Notes under the pieces: generated by a model | The model's input: only the letters and a program-made list of their open reading frames with translations | What the model was told of the DNA's origin: nothing | The model's database searches: none | Made by a program: the position numbers and the translations under genes | IMG/VR virus record: IMGVR_UViG_3300010370_000029 | Span: 23,474 to 87,473 of that record | Reading direction: 5' to 3' (one strand) | DNA from: a virus | Length of the DNA stretch: 64,000 bases | Shown: one piece after another, positions 8,357 through 17,417 of the stretch | Position numbering within the stretch: position 1 is the stretch's first letter | Layout of the letters: every line of letters begins with the position of its first letter

Positions 8357-10882
8357 ATGTATCAGGCAATTTACATTGAACGTGGTGAAGGATTTGGCAA
8401 CGATACCGTGCATTTATGGGATGACGAGCTAGGGTATCAGACCATTCCTTATAATAAATTTGATTATGCGTATAAGCCCGACCGCAATGGGCAATTCATC
8501 AGCATGACTGGTGTGCGGTTGGCAAAGGTCAAGCGCTATAAGCGAGATGACCCATCATTATTTGAGAGCGACCTTCCCCAAGAGACTCGCGTGCTCACCG
8601 ATTTATATCTGAACGAGGATAACGTTTCCCAAGGGCATAAGACGATGTTTTTCGACATCGAAGTGTCTATGGAAAATGGCGTGCCAAATATTGAGAATCC
8701 GAACAATGAAATTACGTCCATTGCGGTATATGACTCGGTGACGCAGGAATATACGGTATTGGTACTGGACAAGGCGGGAGTTCAACCAAGTCGTGAGTAT
8801 GATAATGTTAAGGTCGTAATGTATACATCGGAATTGGACTTGCTCTATGGATTTTTGGACCTGTATGAGCAGATTGGACCGACGATTGTTACTGGATGGA
8901 ATAGTGACTTTTTCGACATCCCATATCTCTATCATCGTATCAAGCAGCAGTGTGGACCAAATACCGCCGGTCGGTTGAGTCCGATTGGAAAGATTAAGTA
9001 TTCCAAGTTCCGTAGTCGGTACCAGATTGCGGGCGTATCTTCTCTAGACTATTTGACATTATATAAGAAGTTCACCTACACTCAACAGCCGAATTATCGT
9101 TTAGATACGATTGGTCGGTTGGAGGTGGGCATGGGAAAGGTCGAATATCAAGGGTCGCTCGATGAATTGTTCCGTAATGATTTGGAGAAGTTCATTGAGT
9201 ACAATCTTCAAGACGTACGCATCATCGTAGAGATGGACAAGAAGCTCAAGCTGATTGAGCTCGTTCGTGGTATTTGTCATTTGGGTCACGTTTCATATGA
9301 AGATTATTGGTTTAGTTCGAAGTTCTTGGAAGGCACGATTGTAACCTATCTTCATAGAAAGGGCATCATTGTAACAAACCGACCCGCTGGTGGTCGTGAG
9401 ATGATGGATAACAAGGTAGAAAATGATGAAGAAGGATTCGCTGGTGCGTTTGTGAAGGAACCGAATCCCGGTCTATATGAATGGGTCTATTCCCTCGACT
9501 TACAATCGCTGTATCCATCTATCATTATGAGTCTCAATATCAGCCCCGAAACCAAGATTGGATTTGTGACCAATTGGAATGTGGACAAGCATGCGGCTGG
9601 TGATATGCAGGAATATTTGATTCGTGGTACAACTGATGAGGAAGTGGTACGGTTGAGCCGTGAAGCGTTCTTGAAATATATGAAGATGGAAAGTCTGATG
9701 ATTAGTTCCAACGGCGTTCTATATAATGGAGGTGCGGTGGGGATTATTCCCGAAGTACTCGACAAGTGGTTCGCAGAACGCGTGGAATATAAGAATCTGA
9801 TGAAGAAATATAAGAATGAGGGTAATACCGAATTGGCTGAGTTCTACGACCGCCGACAGCACATTCAAAAGATTTTCTTGAATTCATTGTATGGTGTTCT
9901 TGGGCTGCCCATCTTCCGTTTCTTTGATATTGACAATGCACTTGCCGTCACCGCGTCTGGTCAAGATGTGATTAAGAAGTCTGCGGCGTTTGCCAATGAC
10001 TTGTATTGTTCAAAGCTGGAAGAGCAGAAAGATTATTGTACGTATATCGATACAGATTCGTTGTACTTCTCAGCAACTCCATTAATGCCAGAAACAGCAT
10101 CACAGAAAGAATTTACTATCAAGTTGGCTCGTGCGATGGAGAAGAAGCTGAACGAGTATTATAACGAAATGGCTGAACAGCTGTTCTTCTGTAAGAATCA
10201 TCGGTTGTATATCAAGGGTGAATCCGTTGCTCAGACCGCTATCTGGATTGCGAAGAAGCGGTATGCGATGAACGTGGTTTATGATTTGGAATCCAATCTT
10301 GAAGTGGCAAACAAGATGAAGGTCAAGGGATTGGATGTGGTTCGTTCATCGTTCCCGCCGGCGTTCCGTGACTTTATGAATAAGATGATGAAGGACATCT
10401 TGAATAAGGCAACGAAGGAAGAGATTGACCAAAAGGTACTGACGTTCCGTGATTCGATGGATAGTATGTCGTATCTGGAAGTCGCCAGAAACACGGCGGT
10501 CAAGAATATCTCTGAATATGATTTACGGACGGGGAAGCTAAACGATTTCCGTAAGGGAACTCCCGCCCACGTAAAGGCAGCAATCACCTATAATTCTTTG
10601 TTGAAGCATTTCAAGATTCAAAATAAATATGAAGCTATTTCGGATGGGGAAAAAGTGAAATGGTTATATCTGAAACAGAATCCGTGGAATCTCGAAGCGG
10701 TCGCTGTCAAGGGATATAATGACCCTCAGGAAATCGTTGAGATAGTAAATACTTATATTGATTATAATGCATTATTTGAGAACGAATTGCAGAAGAAATT
10801 AGAAGATTTTTATTCGGCATTGAAATGGGGTAATATACCCACCGAAGTTAATCAGAATGCTCAGGAATGGTTTAGTTTTTGA
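8357..10882 (+). CDS. family B DNA polymerase (gp43-like)
   Basis: Exo DIE, GWN..FFD, YN.QD; Pol DLQSLYPS, K..LNSLYG, YIDTDS, KKRY; no intein seen. Confidence 0.96.
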   Translation: MYQAIYIERGEGFGNDTVHLWDDELGYQTIPYNKFDYAYKPDRNGQFISMTGVRLAKVKRYKRDDPSLFESDLPQETRVLTDLYLNEDNVSQGHKTMFFDIEVSMENGVPNIENPNNEITSIAVYDSVTQEYTVLVLDKAGVQPSREYDNVKVVMYTSELDLLYGFLDLYEQIGPTIVTGWNSDFFDIPYLYHRIKQQCGPNTAGRLSPIGKIKYSKFRSRYQIAGVSSLDYLTLYKKFTYTQQPNYRLDTIGRLEVGMGKVEYQGSLDELFRNDLEKFIEYNLQDVRIIVEMDKKLKLIELVRGICHLGHVSYEDYWFSSKFLEGTIVTYLHRKGIIVTNRPAGGREMMDNKVENDEEGFAGAFVKEPNPGLYEWVYSLDLQSLYPSIIMSLNISPETKIGFVTNWNVDKHAAGDMQEYLIRGTTDEEVVRLSREAFLKYMKMESLMISSNGVLYNGGAVGIIPEVLDKWFAERVEYKNLMKKYKNEGNTELAEFYDRRQHIQKIFLNSLYGVLGLPIFRFFDIDNALAVTASGQDVIKKSAAFANDLYCSKLEEQKDYCTYIDTDSLYFSATPLMPETASQKEFTIKLARAMEKKLNEYYNEMAEQLFFCKNHRLYIKGESVAQTAIWIAKKRYAMNVVYDLESNLEVANKMKVKGLDVVRSSFPPAFRDFMNKMMKDILNKATKEEIDQKVLTFRDSMDSMSYLEVARNTAVKNISEYDLRTGKLNDFRKGTPAHVKAAITYNSLLKHFKIQNKYEAISDGEKVKWLYLKQNPWNLEAVAVKGYNDPQEIVEIVNTYIDYNALFENELQKKLEDFYSALKWGNIPTEVNQNAQEWFSF

Positions 10883-10889
10883 TATTTAT
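10881..10889 (+). promoter_or_regulatory. putative late-type promoter motif
   Basis: GATATTTAT upstream of the TonB-dependent receptor. Confidence 0.45.
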
Positions 10890-10947
10890 TTATTCACCCC
10901 TAGCGTCGAGCCACCCACAGACGGGGCTCGGTTATAGAGACTCTCTT

Positions 10948-13900
10948 ATGAGAAAAATGTTGGAAATTCTTTTAGCAACTGCGATGTTGTCTACCTCCGC
11001 TTATGCGCAAATCACCAGCGGAATCCTTCGTGGTACGGTTAAAGATTTTACAGGTAGTACAATTGAAAATGCAAATGTTACTGTGGTCTTTGTTCCAACC
11101 AATCAACGAATTGTTACGAAAACGACAACAGAAGGTCGGTTCACATTATCCAACTTAAAACCAGGTGGTCCATATACTGTATCGGTGACCGCATTGGGGT
11201 TCCGTCCAAAGTTTACGGATAATCTCACAGTTCGTTTGGGTGAAGCAACAAGCACAGATATTGAAATGGAAAAAATTGTTGTAGTATTAAATCAAGTATC
11301 GGTTATTGCAGACGTAGCAGCACAGGCACGTAAAGATGGTGCGGTGGCACAACTCAATCAAGAGAAGTTGCAAGTGCTTCCCACCCTATCTCGTAGTCTC
11401 CAAGATATGACCCGTATGACCCCACAAGGTAACGGGGTTTCTTTTGCGGGTTCCAACTATCGGTATAACAACTTGACGATTGATGGAGCAGCATCGAATG
11501 ATGCGTTCGGATTCAGTCAATCATCAGGTCAATCCACCGCATCAGTTCCAACGGGAACACCTGGTTCTCTTTCACGTTCACAACCTATTTCGCTTGACGC
11601 CATCGAACAAGTATCTGTGGTCATCGCACCCTATGATGTGAAGATTGGTAATTTCACAGGTGGTAGCGTGAATGCAGTTACTCGTTCAGGTACCAACACC
11701 ACCGAAGGTTCCATCTACTCATTCGGTCGTGTTCCACAATTTATCGGTGATGGTATCTCTGGTAAAATGCCAACCACCTTTAATGAATATCAAGCAGGTG
11801 GTCGTATCGGTGGTCCTATTATCAAGGACAAGTTGTTCTACTTTTTGAATTTTGAAATTGCACGTAGAGCAGACCCTATCCTATTTGCACCTGGTAATCC
11901 AGGCGTGTTAGCCACGGAAGCAGTTGCACAACAAGTTCGTGATAGTCTGGTGTCATTCGCAGCACGCTCTGGTGTTCCAAACTTTGATGCAGGAACCTTT
12001 GGGGCATATGATATTGAAGCAAATAGTGAAAAGTATTTCGGTCGTGTGGATTGGAATATTGGGAACTCTATCTTGACGGTTCGTAGTAATCTTGTCAATG
12101 CAGTCGCAGGAAACTTGGAACGTGGACAAGCGCTCACCAAGTTAGCCTCACAAGACTTCGACCATTTCAGTAGAGCTACCAACACCGTTGCTGAATTGAA
12201 ATCACAACTTGGAACAGGAGTATCTAATAGTTTGTTGTTAGGATATTCACTTGTTCGTGACCACAGAAATCCATATGGTAATGTGTTCGCACCACAAATT
12301 GAAATCCAAGATATTCAGTTTGGTCAAATCAATGCAGGTAGTGACCGTGAAGGGGTGGTGTATGGCACCAAAGTTCGCACCTATGAAGTGACTAACAATC
12401 TCACATGGTCTGTGGGGAAGCATACCCTTACCGCTGGTACTCACAATGAGTTCTACAATATTCAATACACCTTCGTGAATGGATACGCCGGTCGTTGGCA
12501 ATACGCAAATCTCGCATCGTTCTTCGCAAATCGTCCTAATCGTATCAGAGCAACATTTGATTTGACGGATAATAGTTTAGATTATGTATTGAACAACCCA
12601 GGAGCAAACTTTAATATCACCGTTCCAAGTGTGTATATCCAAGACGAAGTATCTGTCACCGACAACTTCAAGGTGACCGCAGGGGTTCGTGCAGACTGGA
12701 ATATGATGGATACACCAGTTCAAGCAGATGCGTTTACGAACATCACTCTCACGAACGGCACCAAACCATATAGTACCATCACCAACGATTATAGTAGAAG
12801 TTTGTTGATTGGTCCTCGTTTCGGATTCAACTGGCAAACAGACAGAGTGACTTATCGTGGTGGGGTTGGATATTTTCAAGGAAGAATGCCGTTCGCATGG
12901 TATGCCTATCCATTCATCCACAACGGATTGATTGTAGGAAACATTGATGCAAGACCAACCAATGTGGTTCCGTTGATTGTGGACCCACTTCGTCAAAGTT
13001 CATTGAGTAGCACCACGACATATGAAATGAATGTGATCGGGAACAAGTATGTTCAACCACAGATGCGTAGAATGAACTTGGCAACAGACATCAAGTTACC
13101 ATTTGATGCATTACTTGTACTGGATTGGACATTCACCAAGACATTAAACGACATCGTATTCACGAACATCGGATTACCCGCACCCGCAGGTAATCTCGCA
13201 GGTGGTGACCGCAGACCAGTCTACACCTCAACCAGATTAACAACCACTACAACTAATCCATACACATCAGTATTCGCACTCAATAATACTGATAAGGGTT
13301 ACAGATACAACGTCACAGCAAATCTCAGTAAGAAGTGGGACCACCTTGATGTGATGGCAGCATATAGTTATGGGGAAGCAAAGGATTTGGCAAACGGTCA
13401 ACGCAACTCGTTCCAATCACACGTGGAATACAATCAATTGGTGAAGGGTAACCAATATGACCTCACGTGGTCTAACTTTGATATTCGTCATCGTTTCGTG
13501 GTGAATGGTAGTTGGAACTGGAAGAACACCACCGTATCAGCAGTCTATACAGGTTCATCAGGTTCACCATTCTCCTATGTGTATTCTGGTGATTTAAATG
13601 GTGACGGGTCAAGTCATAATGATTTGTTGTATGTTCCACGCAATATTGATGAAATCAAGTTGGTTCCATCTGCTCGTCCTACGGGTCAAGTAGATACCAG
13701 AACAGCACAACAAATCTGGGAAGATTTAGATAGATTCATCAGTAATGACCCATATCTGTCCTCACATCGTGGTGAATACACCAAGAGAAACGGTGCAAGA
13801 ACTCCGTGGAATCACCGAGCAGATGTTCGTATCATCCAATCAGTCAAGAATGTAGATATTACATTTGACATCACTAACTTCGGTAATCTGTTGAACAAGG

Positions 13901-14085
13901 ATTGGGGTAAGTATTATTTCGTTCCAAATCTTAATAATCAAAATGTCTATCCACTCCAATATCGTTCAGGTCGTGGTGTGAATAGCGTTCCAACATTTAG
14001 TTTCGACCCACTAAATACCACTTATCAGACAGATGATTTAATGTCTCGTTGGCAGATGCAAGTGGGGATTCGAGTTAACTTCTAA
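10948..14085 (+). CDS. TonB-dependent receptor, Oar-like (N-terminal carboxypeptidase-regulatory-like domain, plug, beta-barrel)
   Basis: Signal peptide ending AYA-Q; plug motifs NNLTIDG, PISLDAIE, GNFTGGSVNAVTRSGTN; YIQDE; C-terminal QVGIRVNF; 1045 aa. Confidence 0.9.
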   Translation: MRKMLEILLATAMLSTSAYAQITSGILRGTVKDFTGSTIENANVTVVFVPTNQRIVTKTTTEGRFTLSNLKPGGPYTVSVTALGFRPKFTDNLTVRLGEATSTDIEMEKIVVVLNQVSVIADVAAQARKDGAVAQLNQEKLQVLPTLSRSLQDMTRMTPQGNGVSFAGSNYRYNNLTIDGAASNDAFGFSQSSGQSTASVPTGTPGSLSRSQPISLDAIEQVSVVIAPYDVKIGNFTGGSVNAVTRSGTNTTEGSIYSFGRVPQFIGDGISGKMPTTFNEYQAGGRIGGPIIKDKLFYFLNFEIARRADPILFAPGNPGVLATEAVAQQVRDSLVSFAARSGVPNFDAGTFGAYDIEANSEKYFGRVDWNIGNSILTVRSNLVNAVAGNLERGQALTKLASQDFDHFSRATNTVAELKSQLGTGVSNSLLLGYSLVRDHRNPYGNVFAPQIEIQDIQFGQINAGSDREGVVYGTKVRTYEVTNNLTWSVGKHTLTAGTHNEFYNIQYTFVNGYAGRWQYANLASFFANRPNRIRATFDLTDNSLDYVLNNPGANFNITVPSVYIQDEVSVTDNFKVTAGVRADWNMMDTPVQADAFTNITLTNGTKPYSTITNDYSRSLLIGPRFGFNWQTDRVTYRGGVGYFQGRMPFAWYAYPFIHNGLIVGNIDARPTNVVPLIVDPLRQSSLSSTTTYEMNVIGNKYVQPQMRRMNLATDIKLPFDALLVLDWTFTKTLNDIVFTNIGLPAPAGNLAGGDRRPVYTSTRLTTTTTNPYTSVFALNNTDKGYRYNVTANLSKKWDHLDVMAAYSYGEAKDLANGQRNSFQSHVEYNQLVKGNQYDLTWSNFDIRHRFVVNGSWNWKNTTVSAVYTGSSGSPFSYVYSGDLNGDGSSHNDLLYVPRNIDEIKLVPSARPTGQVDTRTAQQIWEDLDRFISNDPYLSSHRGEYTKRNGARTPWNHRADVRIIQSVKNVDITFDITNFGNLLNKDWGKYYFVPNLNNQNVYPLQYRSGRGVNSVPTFSFDPLNTTYQTDDLMSRWQMQVGIRVNF

Positions 14086-14108
14086 TTAATATGTTATAAT
14101 AGAAAGGC

Positions 14109-14137
14109 TTGACAGAACAGGGGGTGTATGATATATT
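14109..14137 (+). promoter_or_regulatory. sigma70-type promoter
   Basis: TTGACA-17-TATATT. Confidence 0.75.
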
Positions 14138-14153
14138 TCATACATCCCCTTTT
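14119..14153 (+). terminator. intrinsic terminator overlapping the promoter
   Basis: 13-bp stem AGGGGGTGTATGA/TCATACATCCCCT with loop TATATT, followed by T-run. Confidence 0.65.
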
Positions 14154-14167
14154 CTATGGAGATTGAT

Positions 14168-14290
14168 ATGTTGTTCAAGATTGGTGTGGTTCTCGTTTGT
14201 GCGTTCGCAATCTTTGTTATCTTTAGTGCAATCTACGCTCACATCTCTTACGCTCTTCTAAAGATTGACGAGGAGAGGAATAACCTATGA
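14168..14290 (+). CDS. small membrane peptide (40 aa)
   Basis: GGAG RBS; MLFKIGVVLVCAFAIFVIFSAIY...; ATGA overlap with the next ORF. Confidence 0.6.
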   Translation: MLFKIGVVLVCAFAIFVIFSAIYAHISYALLKIDEERNNL

Positions 14291-14358
14291 ACTTTGGACT
14301 AAAGATTTTCCTCATCAGTGTTGTGGTCATGTACATTCTTGACAAGGTAATCAAATGA
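14287..14358 (+). CDS. small membrane peptide (23 aa)
   Basis: GAGG RBS; MNFGLKIFLISVVVMYILDKVIK; ATGA overlaps at both ends. Confidence 0.5.
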   Translation: MNFGLKIFLISVVVMYILDKVIK

Positions 14359-15461
14359 AAATCGTAAAGTCTAGTGATTGGCTTATTTCGGAAAACAAGG
14401 CTGGTGGTGAGAAGTTCTGGCGGTTGCATATCCTCCAAGATAACAAAGAAGGAGGATTTTATACGCAGACGGAATGGTTTCAGATTAGTAAGACAGGCCG
14501 TGAAACCAAACGACAGTTCTCTTCACCCTATTATGCCGAACCCACGAATGTCGGTCGGTCAAACGAGCGTAACTCTGAGCAGCAGGCAGAGTTTGAGTTT
14601 GACGCCGTAATCAAGAAGCAGAAGGACAAGGGATTCCGTGCGAAGGGTGAGCGAAAGAATGTTCGTCCGATGCCGATGCTTGCACATAAGTTTACGGACC
14701 ACAAGAAGAAGGTAAATTTTCCTGCATACATTCAGCCCAAGTTGAATGGTATGCGTATGTTGTTTGACGGAGAGAACGGATGGAGCCGTGGAAATAAGGA
14801 AGTGATTCCCGAAGTCATTCAGCACTTGAAGTTTGACACAGGTGGGTTTATACTTGATGGTGAGTTGATGCTTCCGAACAATCAGCTCCTTCAAGAGAGT
14901 ATGAAGGCAATCAAGAAGTATCGCCCAGAGTTGTCCTCACAACTTCTCTATCACGTTTATGATATCGTAGATGAGGAACTTCCGTATGTGAAGCGTCATC
15001 AGTTGATTCTGGACATTTGTGCGAATGCACCGAAGAATGTCAAGATTGTCAAGACTGTTCGGGCAGATGATGAATCACAGGTATCTCACCTTCATAATCT
15101 CTTTGTCCAAGACGGATACGAGGGAACGATGATTCGTGATGAGGAAATGAAGTATGAGATTGGCAAGCGTTCGTATTCACTACTTAAACTAAAGGACTTT
15201 ACAGATGCAGAGTATCGTATTGTTGATGTTGTTGACGGCGACGGTAGTGATGTCGGCCTCGCCATTTTTGAATTGGAGACTGATTCTGGTGCACGTTTCA
15301 ATTGCCGTCCAGAGGGTTCGCAGGAGAATCGTGCAGACCTATTCAAGAATCGTCGTCAGTTGGTTGGCAAGTATCTGACGGTTAGGTACTTTGAGTTGAG
15401 TAAGGACGGTATTCCGATTTTCCCCGTGGGTGTATCTATTCGTGAGTGGGGTGAATTCTAA
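14355..15461 (+). CDS. ATP-dependent DNA ligase
   Basis: PMLA, QPKLNG (motif I), LDGEL, YDIV, EGTMIR, LLKLK, OB domain ending P.FP. Confidence 0.92.
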   Translation: MKIVKSSDWLISENKAGGEKFWRLHILQDNKEGGFYTQTEWFQISKTGRETKRQFSSPYYAEPTNVGRSNERNSEQQAEFEFDAVIKKQKDKGFRAKGERKNVRPMPMLAHKFTDHKKKVNFPAYIQPKLNGMRMLFDGENGWSRGNKEVIPEVIQHLKFDTGGFILDGELMLPNNQLLQESMKAIKKYRPELSSQLLYHVYDIVDEELPYVKRHQLILDICANAPKNVKIVKTVRADDESQVSHLHNLFVQDGYEGTMIRDEEMKYEIGKRSYSLLKLKDFTDAEYRIVDVVDGDGSDVGLAIFELETDSGARFNCRPEGSQENRADLFKNRRQLVGKYLTVRYFELSKDGIPIFPVGVSIREWGEF

Positions 15462-15931
15462 TGAGCACGACTCCCAACTGGGATTGTAGGTGTGGGGCTA
15501 TCCCGTGTTATACGCATCCACCGACACAATATGCACAGCAAATCGTAAATGAAATCCAACATCGGTATGACCGTGCTCTTGATACGATAAGTCATTTGCG
15601 TGATATGAATAGTAGGGCAAACGATGGTATAGAAGAATTACACAAAAAAATATCACGCCTTACAAACCTGTCGGAACATCACGAATGGGTTGCTAAAAAA
15701 TATAAGTTACAATACGAGAAGGTTGTTGCTGAGTTGGAGTTGGTCAAAGGTGCTATGAACGCAGATGACCAAAGATTGAGAGATGCAGAACGCAGAGTGT
15801 TCGGAGATATTACCTTTGGATGTGATGCCCCAGAACGGATGGCTGATGAGATAGAAGAATTACGGATACAATTAAACGTTGTGAGGAATTCTAATGAAAC
15901 AGTTCAAGATATACAGACCAAATATGAGTGA
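15461..15931 (+). CDS. hypothetical coiled-coil protein
   Basis: ORF with TAATG coupling to the ligase. Confidence 0.6.
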   Translation: MSTTPNWDCRCGAIPCYTHPPTQYAQQIVNEIQHRYDRALDTISHLRDMNSRANDGIEELHKKISRLTNLSEHHEWVAKKYKLQYEKVVAELELVKGAMNADDQRLRDAERRVFGDITFGCDAPERMADEIEELRIQLNVVRNSNETVQDIQTKYE

Positions 15932-16061
15932 TTATAAAGTTGTAGAAGGAAACAGCATGACTGTAACCGAAGATGGTAAAACCAATATTTGGAAGGATGG
16001 TGTGATTGTCGCATCCATTCCAAATAACATGCCAGTTATTATGGAGTCGGGGGAATCCTAA
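15894..16061 (+). CDS. hypothetical protein (55 aa)
   Basis: GAGG RBS; MKQFKIYRP...; TAATG coupling to the next gene. Confidence 0.55.
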   Translation: MKQFKIYRPNMSDYKVVEGNSMTVTEDGKTNIWKDGVIVASIPNNMPVIMESGES

Positions 16062-16396
16062 TGCTTGACCAAAACGTTATCATAGAACGACTGAGGTTTT
16101 ACGCCGACGCCTTCTACGGACTGCCGGGAAACCCGCAATTCTTGCGTCTCACCGAAGGTCAGGCCGAACTCCTTGCCGTTGATATTCGGAAGGTCTGTAA
16201 CGAACTGGAACGGGTCACCTGCACGTTGTGTGGTGGAACTGGTAAGAAAATCGTGGGAGAACACGAAACATTACAGGGTGAGTGGGTTTCCGATTATGCT
16301 CCGTGTAATCACAAGCCACCGCTCGGGAATACCATCCGATTGATGAATAATGCAAAAGGTGACTTGGGAAGCGATATCCAAAACAATCCGAGGTGA
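16061..16396 (+). CDS. hypothetical protein with CxxCGGTG zinc-finger-like motif
   Basis: CTLCGGTG...C. Confidence 0.6.
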   Translation: MLDQNVIIERLRFYADAFYGLPGNPQFLRLTEGQAELLAVDIRKVCNELERVTCTLCGGTGKKIVGEHETLQGEWVSDYAPCNHKPPLGNTIRLMNNAKGDLGSDIQNNPR

Positions 16397-16399
16397 CGT

Positions 16400-16609
16400 A
16401 TGAAACAGATTGACAAAGAAATGGCATATCATTACGCAAAAGAACTAGAAATGGATGCGATGTTTGATGGTACATCTAAGCAGAATCTTGCACGTGCCTA
16501 TCTACAACTTCTGGAAGATTATCGTTATAGTCACGAAAAGTTGACTGGACAAATTGCACGACTTCACGAACTCACACGACTTCAAGCGGCGAGGATATTG
16601 GATAAATGA
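16400..16609 (+). CDS. hypothetical protein
   Basis: GAGG RBS; resembles the next ORF (YA..L...LA.AYL.L.E). Confidence 0.6.
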   Translation: MKQIDKEMAYHYAKELEMDAMFDGTSKQNLARAYLQLLEDYRYSHEKLTGQIARLHELTRLQAARILDK

Positions 16610-16791
16610 CAAATAATATTTCAGTTGAAGATTATGCACGACAGATACTACGAGAACCAACACCAGACAATCTTATGTTATTTGAACTTGCCGCTTCGTA
16701 TATAGCATTGTACGAAGAACGAAAAGAACACGAAAAGGACTTGTCGGAATTGGTTGAACACGCCATTCGTGTGTACAATTCAAGATGGTAA
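16606..16791 (+). CDS. hypothetical protein
   Basis: ATGA overlap; resembles the previous ORF. Confidence 0.55.
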   Translation: MTNNISVEDYARQILREPTPDNLMLFELAASYIALYEERKEHEKDLSELVEHAIRVYNSRW

Positions 16792-16796
16792 ACTAA

Positions 16797-17084
16797 ATGA
16801 ACATACACTACCGAGTCTATTACAAGGGATATTCTTCATATGTTGAGTTTTCCCTTGCGTCCGATGTAGTTGACCGACACGAACGAGATATGGTGATGAC
16901 TTTAGCAATCAAGTATGACCCATATTTCAACGGATTGGGTGTTGATTATTCACGGGTGTCGAGGGTGATGCGAAAGGTCAAGGATACGTGGGAGCCTCGT
17001 CAATGGGTTATTCCACGACCGTTACAAATGCAGGAGAGTCCGTTGGCAACAACGACTGACCCTGTACTGCGATGGCCTGTATGA
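16797..17084 (+). CDS. hypothetical protein
   Basis: ORF in an operon-like run. Confidence 0.55.
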   Translation: MNIHYRVYYKGYSSYVEFSLASDVVDRHERDMVMTLAIKYDPYFNGLGVDYSRVSRVMRKVKDTWEPRQWVIPRPLQMQESPLATTTDPVLRWPV

Positions 17085-17182
17085 GTGTATTTTGGGTAGA
17101 GGTTTTGAAAATTATAATACTTTTCTTCGCAGTATATATTACCGTTTGGTTTATCTGGAATTGGTTTGACAATAAAATATAG
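17081..17182 (+). CDS. small membrane peptide (33 aa)
   Basis: ATGA overlap; MSVFWVEVLKIIILFFAVYITVWFIWNWF. Confidence 0.5.
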   Translation: MSVFWVEVLKIIILFFAVYITVWFIWNWFDNKI

Positions 17183-17192
17183 GATAACTAGT

Positions 17193-17411
17193 ATGTCTAA
17201 AATTATGGTAGAGATAAGTGGAGAAATGGTAGATAATATTATTCTGCAAGAGATACAAGACACCAAAGAGATGTTGACTGAACAGTTAGAACGGGTTAAA
17301 CTAAATGGTAAAGGTGATGTTTTTGATTTGGATGTAAAGACAGATATCAAACTTATTAAGAAGCACATTGAAGCATGTGATTTGATTTACAAGTATTACG
17401 GCGGTAAGTAA
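17193..17411 (+). CDS. hypothetical protein
   Basis: AGGA RBS before ATG 17193. Confidence 0.6.
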   Translation: MSKIMVEISGEMVDNIILQEIQDTKEMLTEQLERVKLNGKGDVFDLDVKTDIKLIKKHIEACDLIYKYYGGK

Positions 17412-17417
17412 TTATTC

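Noticed and set aside
3416-10882. Inteins or introns in the helicase, RNR or polymerase
   Set aside because: Protein lengths are normal, motifs are contiguous, and no splice-junction or homing-endonuclease inserts are visible
10948-14085. TBDR as the BtuB B12 importer for NrdJ
   Set aside because: Its size and motifs are Oar-type, not BtuB-type, and no cobalamin riboswitch is visible
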